A stretch of 45,154 nt of DNA, the filler included, from Jimgerdemannia flammicorona (taxonomy: Eukaryota): the NCBI GenBank assembly GCA_003990765.1. It is 2 parts of 2 records of this genome, joined end to end, with 100 filler letters (N's around TTAATTAATTAA, not from the genome) between each part and the next. Parts side by side here need not be neighbours in the genome. Positions count along the whole stretch, not along the records: positions 22,631 to 45,154 come from RBNJ01001255.1; 1 more part is not named here. One strand, written 5' to 3'. Position numbers and translations under genes: made by a program. Position 1 is the first letter of the stretch, and each line of letters begins with the position of its first letter. A model generated the notes under the pieces. The model was not told the DNA's origin and made no database searches. It worked only from the letters and a program-made list of their open reading frames with translations. Positions 37,289-45,154 of the stretch are shown piece after piece.

Positions 37289-39367
37289 TATAAGAGAGTT
37301 ACTTGTTAGAGTAACTATTATATAGTTCTGAAAGGGTTTTCTGGAAGTTCTGGATATTCTGGAAGACCATTTTCTTAAGGTCAAGATTAATTTTATATGG
37401 AGTATGTCCTCTATACTTATTGATTTCAAGATCAGATTGACATCTCAGCCAAAGTCCTTTTTTGGACTAGTTCTGAATATTCAGGATTTTCTGTATTTCA
37501 GAAAGTTCAAGAAACTAAGACCAGCTTAGTTAAATTGACATATCGTTGCAGACAATACTCAATTAGAAAATTTTGTGATAGAGTTAGGAGTAGGACCTAA
37601 TGAGGAGTAGATTTACTTAAGAGTAGTTTGTGGGTTATTAAATAGGTTTATTCACTATTCATGATATTGCTATATTAGGAGTAGTTGTGTGAAGAGATAT
37701 TGTGGAGAAGTGTTTAGGAATGTTCTTGTATATTTGAGTCTGTTTAAGTCTAAGATTCTGAGATCTGGGAGAGAGGATATTTATACCAGTGTGGGGCTAT
37801 CTGAACTAGGCTAAATATGGATGTAGTACTTAGTACTTTGCTGAGTCAGAATGCAGTCACATAGTATAAGTGTGATCTGATATATCAAAGGATTGTCTGA
37901 CTACTGAGTCAGTTTACAGTCATATTGTATAAGACCAATCTAACTATACTATGACTGCTAAGCTATCTATAGATTTAGATGCTGTCTAGATAGTCCTCAA
38001 TGACATCACCATCAATGATATCATTTCTGATGAAGTAGTCATCTAGGAAGAGTTGTTCATGTATTAATTCTCTCTGTTTACTGAGATAATAATACATTGG
38101 AACTTCATTACTATCTTACAGAATAGTATCATCTGTCTTATATGCTGAGTAAGGTGTTGGTGAGTGAAGGAGGAGTACATTATCTTTACTTTCATCAGAT
38201 TTGCTGTCTGTATATCTTCTATAAGTAACAGCACTATGAGTTACAGAGTTGTAGTATACTGATAGTTGTGCTTTATATCATTCATACTCTGGTGGTGGAG
38301 TTATTGATTCAATCTCAAGGGTTGTCTGAAGGTACAGATTGTGTTCTTCAGTCTCTTCATTGTAGTTGAAGTAATCAGGAGTAAATGCAGACTGGTACTC
38401 ATATCAGTGATCATTGTCTCAATAGGTTTTATAGATAGCTATGAACTATTGTAAGTTCATCAGTAAGGTTGGCAGGGTAATCAGAGTAGGCAGGGATTCT
38501 TGGCTTGAGGTCATGTTAGCATCAGAGGGATCATTATCTTCTACTTTGTCTTCATCAAATTGAATTATATTATAGATATCTTTTATGATATATCTGACTT
38601 GAGGCATTTGCAGGATATAGTTATTAAGGTATAGAAAGGTTCTATCTGTGGTCTGAACATACTCAATATACTTGTAGTTGAGTTCTTGTATCATGTTATT
38701 GATTTGTCCATAGGATAGAGTGGCAACCATATTGGTGGTAGTAACTCAGAGGTAGAGAATAATAGTGCTGTACTTATAAAAGAGTTCTTGGTATTTACAG
38801 GTAATAAGCTTCTGATGTTGAGACATCTGGGTAATATCTATATCATAGTAGTATTCAATCATATCTTTTAGGAGTCAGCTGATCTGGTAGTAACTTGAGA
38901 TTTGTCTGATTCAGTGAGCTTTGCTAAGTATGTTCAGGGTATTCCATCAGGCTTCTATGAAGTAGAGGGATGCTAAGCTATAGATATTCATAAGGGGCAG
39001 AGAGGGTGTGGCTCAGTTGACAATAGTATTCCAAATGTTAGTATAGATGCAGTTATAAATCTCAGTAGTCATGTTTGTATATATATTCAGGAGTTAGAGT
39101 TGTTTGTTTAGTTTGTTGTAGTTCTCTGTTTCAATGCATCTTGGTACTCAGTATATGCATTTGGTCCTGATTGATAAGATTCTGTTTGTGTAAATCTTGT
39201 ATTCCATAACTTTGAGTTGACTTAGCTTTGTATACTGTGACTTCAGTTTGACTCAGCTTCATGATCTTGCAGATGATTTTCAGATTTGTTCAGAGGTCAT
39301 ATGTGATTTCAGTGGTTGTTTGGAGAGTGATATGTAATTTCAGTGGCTTAGAGGTTGTGTACTTACA
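37289..39367 (-). mobile_element. Family A 3' LTR, copy A2 (2079 bp), inserted in the LINE RT
   Basis: TGTAAG at 39367, CTTATA at 37289; PPT AGAAGAAGAGAGT immediately upstream (39368-39380). Confidence 0.9.
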
Positions 39368-40231
39368 ACTCTCTTCTTCTTAGCTTTTGACATCCTCATT
39401 GGGACCTTCTACTTTTGGTCTAGTGTTGTTATACAGTTTGGATGGTAAAAAGTCTGGTAAAGTTCATTTTTCTCAGAAAGTGGTATACTTATAGTACAGT
39501 TGCCTAATGTATTGGATTCATACATTAAAGAGTTATATGTTTAATGCTATATACTAGAAGTAATTCTGACATCATTCACTGCTGGAGAATTTCCTCTAAG
39601 GAATCTTCTTAAATGTCTGTACCTCATTTTTCACCAGTAGTATGGGGAGAATAGGCTTGCTTTCAGTTTTGCTATTTTTCCAGAGGGTTGGTATTCTTTT
39701 GTCTTGACTTACTGAGTTCTTAATTTTATTTATGATAATATAATGTTCAGGAGAGTAATATATAGTATATACTGATAGGTACAGGAGTGTTCAGGTTTCA
39801 GTTGTTCAAGGAATCATATTCCTGAACTAAGTTGGTGGTATTCTGGAGGTTAGTCTTGGGTTTCTATGTCATATTATAGATTGGATAATCTTTCCATTTG
39901 ACAAAGTACTCAGGATGGTTCTTGTGACCATATTTGTTGAGAATATGTTCAACTTCATATTCTTCTTGATCATTAATAATGATAGGTACAGGTGGTTCTG
40001 TGGTTCAGTTTGAGAATAGCTCATCATCATTTTCATTATATCATTTGAAATATTAGATATTGAAGACTGGGTGAATCTTAATAGTATCTGGTAGTACCAA
40101 TTTGTAGGAGGTTGGAGAGACTTGTACAATGACTTCAAATGGTCTGATAGATTTGCTATTTAGCTTTATAGATGGTCTATATTGAGGTTATCAACTTGGT
40201 ATCCTCAGATGTCCAGTAGAACTTTTTCTCC
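39368..40231 (-). mobile_element. Family A copy A2 integrase C-terminus and chromodomain
   Basis: IHPVFNIS; DQEEYEVEHILNKYGHKNHPEYFVKWKDYP (~39885-39972); colinear with 26175-27050. Confidence 0.9.
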
Positions 40232-40414
40232 TGTAAGCACGCAACCTCTAAGCTACCAAAATTACACATCACCCTCTGAACAAGCCATTGAAATCACACA
40301 TGACCTCTGAATAAATCTGGAAATCATCTGCTCAATCATGAAGCTGAGTCAAACCAAAGTCACAGCATACAAAGCTGAGTCAATACAAAGTCACAGAACA
40401 TAAGATTCATACAA

Positions 40415-41615
40415 ATGGAATCTTACCAATTAGGACCAAATGCATATATACTGAGCACCAAGACATATCAAATCAGAGAACCAAAACAAACAACAACTAC
40501 AACTTCTAAACACACAAACATGACCACTGAGATCTATACCTGTATCTGTGCTGACATTTGGAATGCCATTGTCAACCAAGCCACACCCCCTCTGCTCTTC
40601 ATGAATATCTATAGCCTAGTACCCCTCTACTTCATGGAAGCCCAATGGAATGCTCTGAACATGCTTAGCGAGATCCACCGAATCAGACAAATCTCAAGCT
40701 ACTACCAGATTGGCCACCTTCTGGAAGACATGATCGAACACTACCATGATATAGACATTACCCAGATGTCTCAACACCAGAAGCTCATCGCTTGCAAACA
40801 TCGAGAACTCTTCTATGAGTATAGTACTGTTATTTCCTGCCTCCAAGTTACTACAGCCAAAATGGTTGCTACCCTATCCTATGGCCAAATCAACAACATG
40901 ATACAAGAACTCAACCACAAGTACCTTGAGTACATTGAAACCACAGACAGAACCTTCCCCCACCCCAATGATCATATCCTGCAAATGCCCCAAGTCAGAT
41001 ACACCATAAAGGATATCTATAATATAATCTACTTTGATGAAGATGAAGCAGAAGACAATGATCCCTCTGATGTTGATATGACCTCAAGCCAAGGATCTCT
41101 ACCAACCCTGATCACATCACCAATCTTGCCGATGAACTTACAACAGTTCATAACCACATATGAGACTTATTGGGACAATGACCACTGATATGAATACCAA
41201 CCCACATTCACCCCCAACTACTTCAACTATAATGAAGAGACTGAAGAACACAACCTGTATCTCCAGACAACCCTCAAGATTGAACCAACCACTCCATCAC
41301 TCGAGTATGAGTGATATGAACCACAGCCACCAGCTTACTACAATCCCGCAACTTATAGTGCTGTAATATAGAAGGTATGCAGATAGCAAAATCAATAAAA
41401 GCAAAGATGATGCACCCCTTCTTTGTCCACCAATATCTTACCCAGCATACAAGACTGATGATGCCATCTTGTGGGACAGAGACAAAGTTTCAATGTATTA
41501 TTACCTCAGCGAACAAGGAGAAGTAATCTGTGAACCACTCTTCCTAGACAACTACTTCATCAGAGATGATGCAATTGATGGTGATATCATTGAGGACTAC
41601 CCAGACAGTGCCTAA
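40415..41615 (+). pseudogene. LTR(U3)-encoded orphan ORF: 257 codons open (40415-41188), ancestral frame extends to TAA 41613-41615
   Basis: Open frame; likely start MTTEIY at 40520. Downstream continuation is broken by two TGA codons and a small indel near 41365. Remnants are present in the other LTR copies (e.g. 38446..38730). Confidence 0.65.
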
Positions 41616-41803
41616 ACCTATAAATAGCCTAGCAGTCATAGTATAGTTAGATTAACCTTGTACAATATGACTGTGAACTGACTCAGCAGTCAGACGATCT
41701 CTTGACATATTAGATCACACTTGTACTACATGACTGTATTCCGACTCAGCAAGGCACTTAGTACTATATCCATATTCAGTATAGTTCAGATAGCCTCTCA
41801 CTA

Positions 41804-41811
41804 GTATAAAT
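41804..41811 (+). promoter_or_regulatory. Candidate LTR TATA box (TATAAATA followed by a C-rich tract); second candidate at ~41619
   Basis: TATAAATACCCCC, also at ~30778 and ~24617 in other copies (TATAAATAT at ~37780). Confidence 0.5.
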
Positions 41812-42048
41812 ACCCCCTCCCCCAGATCTCAGAATCTTAGACTTGAATACTTGAACAATCCAAACACAACTCCTGAGCACTTCTCCACAATATCCCTTCA
41901 CACAGCTACTCCTAGTATAGCAATATCATGAATAATGAATAAACCTATTTAATAACCCACAAATCACTCTTAAATAAATCTACTCCCTGTTAGGTCCCAC
42001 TCCTAACCCCATCACGAAATTTCCTAATTGGGTATTGTCTGCAGCAAT

Positions 42049-45000
42049 ATGCCAATTCAACTAAGCTGGTCTTAGTTTCTTGAACTTCCTGAAATATGGA
42101 AAATTCTGAACATCCAGAACTAGTCCAAAAAAGGACTTTGGTTGAGACATCAACCTGATCTTGAAATCAATAAGCATAGAGGATGTACTCTATACAAAAT
42201 TGATCTTGATCATAAGAAAATAGTCATCCAAAACATCCAGAACTTCCAGAAAACTCTCCCAGAACTATGTAATGGTTACCATAAAAAGCAACCCTCTTAC
42301 AACTTGGTAGCAGTGGTTTACAATCCAATTCCACTTCAAGATACTTCCTCATCCTGCTACAAACCCCTCTGTGAATTCCTACAAGTTGGTATAAAGCCCA
42401 ACCTCTGAACTGGAATTTATCCTGAACCATCTGACAATCTGGAGAGAATTGAACCTGACGTATAAGGATAATTTGACCTCCACACCTGCAACAAGTGGGA
42501 CAAACTTCATTCAAAAAAAGAAGTACTCCAATTAAATCAGCAAATAGATGAAACCCTATTCACCAAACTCCTTGCTCTACACCCAGCAAGTCAAGATGAA
42601 GAAGGTCTTATTGAAGTCTTCTTTACTCTTCTCAATAAGAGTTTTGTCAGCTCCACAAATCTGAATGACCTAGGATAACCAGCAGTAGTCTTTCTAGCCT
42701 TAGTTCCTCACGAAGCCCAAGCCTTTATAGCCAAGTAGCTCAACTCTCCCAATTTTCACCATACCAGGACCAAGACTACATTATACTACTAATTCCAGAA
42801 CAGCAAGGCCTGCCATATTCTTAAAAAAGAAGCAAGAGAAACCCTTCATCAACTACCTGACCCTGAACCTAAAGCAGGCTCTGCTACAGCCCTACTTGAA
42901 TCTGAAACCAATACCAAACCTGAACTTGACTTTGAATTAAGTCTATCTGAAATCAGATATACAACTGATTCTGTCTACTTTGATACTGAGCAAACTCAAT
43001 TACACAGGGACCAAACTGAAGAGGAGAAGGAGTATCTCAGTGAATTCAATCCTGGATATATCACCAAAGGAGAAGTACCTCCATCAGAATAGAATACACC
43101 TACACAGCAACAAATAGTTATCTATCAAGCTCTCACTCCAGACCCACAACTACTACTCCAGCAACTTACATAGACCCAAAGAACTCCATTACACTCTGCA
43201 CCAGTACCTCAAGTAGTACTAGTAATACCACTACCAGCAGTCCAACTACCTGTAGTAAACAACATAGCAAACCAACAGATTCTTGACCTCACAGCCCAAG
43301 TAGCTATAATGGCAGCAACCATTACTGCCTTAGCTAAACAAACCAGATCTACCAAAAATCTGAGCCTACCTACCTTCAATAGTACTGCACAAGAAGTCCA
43401 AAGCTTTATTAGTGTAGTTGACATCAACTTCGAAGCCAATCAATGGACCAATGAGTGAGTTGCTGACCGCATTCTGACAAATAATCAAGACTACACTCTG
43501 GAACAACTCTTTGTTACCACTACAGCCTATATCTGCCGAGTTGTTACATTCTTCTGAGGATCTGCCAAAGAATGGTGGTGAACTCTTTCTGAAAAACCCC
43601 TCACATGGGATACCTGACCTACAGTAGTTGCTCAGAATGCAGCAAACAATGCCCCAGGATATGAAGCCCATCCTGCAGCCCCTGGACTCAAACAACTCAT
43701 AATTGCCCAATACTACAGCAAAACCATGATTGCTGAATCCTGAGTAAAACTCCGCAACCTCAAATTTGATGTATATAGCAAAGAAGAATTTGAAACCTTC
43801 TGTACAAAACTCGAGTCACTCCTGAACACTGTTGGCCTAGGATATATCACCAATGATGAAGCATGAAATGATATAAGAGCAGACCATTTATTTGATATCC
43901 TACCTGAATGGCTTACTAGAAAAATCCGAGAGCAAGGCCACCCAGTTGGGTGTGATCACCAACAATGGTATCTGATAAGAATCAAGACTATGGTCAAGTG
44001 AATCTTAATAGCTGGACCAATTCTGCCCCAAAGACAATTCAACAACAAGGAAAAGACTTGGACTAAGAAAGAAGAATCCAAGCATAAAGTATCCTGAGCC
44101 CCCTCCACATCCACCTCTTAGACACCTAGAAATCATGAACCCACCCAGCCAAGTACCTTCAAAAAACTCACTGAAGGCAAAAGGAATGAACTTCGAAGAA
44201 GTGGAGTATGCTTCTATTGCTGAAAGACAGGACACATGACCAGTGCCTGCCCTAACCAAAAACCCCAAACAGCAACATGAGCAACTGTTACCACTCTGCA
44301 CCACCTCAACAACCTGACCACTAGAACACTAGACTTTGTCACATTAAGACAAACTGCTAAGGCCCCAACCAAAGAAAGTCAAAAAGCAGCTGGATATGAC
44401 CTGTATGTAGCCAAAGAAGCTACAGTTTCCAACCGAGAAGTCAAACAAGTCTACACAGGAATCAGCATCCAAATCCCTGAAGGACATATTGGAAGAATAT
44501 GCTGTTGCAGCAGCCTAGCATTGAAAGGACTCTCAGTAAAAGGAGGAGTTATTGATGAAGATTATACAGGCAAAATCATTGTCCTCATCCAAAACCACAG
44601 TTGGACACTCTTCAAGATCCCTATAGGTTTCTGCATTGCCCAGATTCTATTCAAAAAAATCGAGTCAACTCTGATAGTCAAGGAAGTCCCTAAACTACTG
44701 CCCACCATCTGAGGATCCAAAGGATTTGGCTCATTGAACAATGCTCCAGCCCAACCTACTATGAGCAAAGAAGAACAATTCTATAAGAAAATTGAAGACA
44801 GATATATACCAAGTGGCCAATGCCCTCATGGTATTGGAATGTACTCTTCCCAAATGATTGATGATTGCTTCTCTTGTGTCAATGAACTGGCTCAAAGAAG
44901 AACCAACAGGAGGAAAGGTCCTACAACTGAAATCACCACCATTGGATCAGACAAACTACTTATACTTAAAGCTTTTGTCAACTGAGCACCTGTCAAGATT

Positions 45001-45154
45001 ATGATAGACAGTAGTGCCTTAGGCAACTTCATCAATAAAGAGACAGCCAACAGACTCAAGGTCTTCACCTCTCCAGTACAGCAAACTCAAGCAGTTGCTA
45101 CAGCTGATGGAACCTCACATGTTATTAGCAAAGAAGTCCACAATCTACCCTTCC
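42049..45154 (+). pseudogene. Family A polyprotein, single frame: N-terminal extension, gag, CCHC, dUTPase, CPHG-CxxC module, protease (runs off window)
   Basis: One frame with scattered transition-type stops: LPTFNSTAQEVQSFI ~43365; CFYC*KTGHMTSAC 44209; AAGYDL 44386; GGVIDEDYTG 44542; MIDSSALGNF 45001. Confidence 0.85.
42305..42316 (+). promoter_or_regulatory. Primer-binding site TGGTAGCAGTGG, likely initiator tRNA-Met
   Basis: 3 nt after the LTR end; TGGTAGC is complementary to the ...GCTACCA end of tRNA-iMet. Identical 12-mer in family B. Confidence 0.75.

Larger units (their letters stand above)
40232..42301 (+). mobile_element. Family A 5' LTR, copy A3 (2070 bp, best preserved), inserted in the A2 integrase
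   Basis: Perfect terminal inverted repeat TGTAAG...CTTACA, followed by PBS. Confidence 0.92.

Noticed and set aside
37284..40231. CTCCT / TCTCC flanks as a shared target duplication
   Set aside because: The LTRs are oppositely oriented and belong to different insertions; each flank is explained by its host sequence.
40345..40382. Tandem TGAGTCA (Gcn4/AP-1) sites in the LTR, plus TGACTCA at 41679
   Set aside because: They could be produced by CpG decay of CGAGTCG; a related site at ~41741 still reads CCGACTCAG. Needs a consensus.
40415..41188. U3 ORF as an env gene or a captured host gene
   Set aside because: No signal peptide, TM segment or furin site is apparent, and no host family was recognised; left as an orphan.

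Overview
Eukaryotic (fungal, intron-rich; early-diverging/Mucoromycota-like by inference only) genomic DNA. A GC-rich, CpG-retaining gene island (~11.4-22.5 kb) holds three spliced genes: an Mtc4-like membrane protein (-), the phospholipid:diacylglycerol acyltransferase LRO1/PDAT (-) and a truncated VPS23/TSG101 (+). An artificial N/TTAATTAATTAA linker follows at 22531-22630. The rest is nested, C>T/G>A-decayed transposon sequence: L1/Tx1-like LINEs, three dUTPase-bearing Ty3/gypsy families (called A, B, C here), a hAT-type MITE, a poly(A) retroposed insert and a minisatellite. The most striking element is chromovirus family A (5 LTR copies). Its ~2.07-kb LTRs (TGTAAG...CTTACA) carry a ~365-codon orphan ORF inside U3. 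Its single polyprotein frame appears to start in U5 and read through the tRNA primer site, then ~400 unassigned codons, Gag, dUTPase, a CPHG-x11-CxxC module, PR, RT, RH, IN and a chromodomain. One A copy and its host LINE are split by a ~6.8-kb inversion with 3-bp microhomology. All calls are from manual reading; no searches were run.
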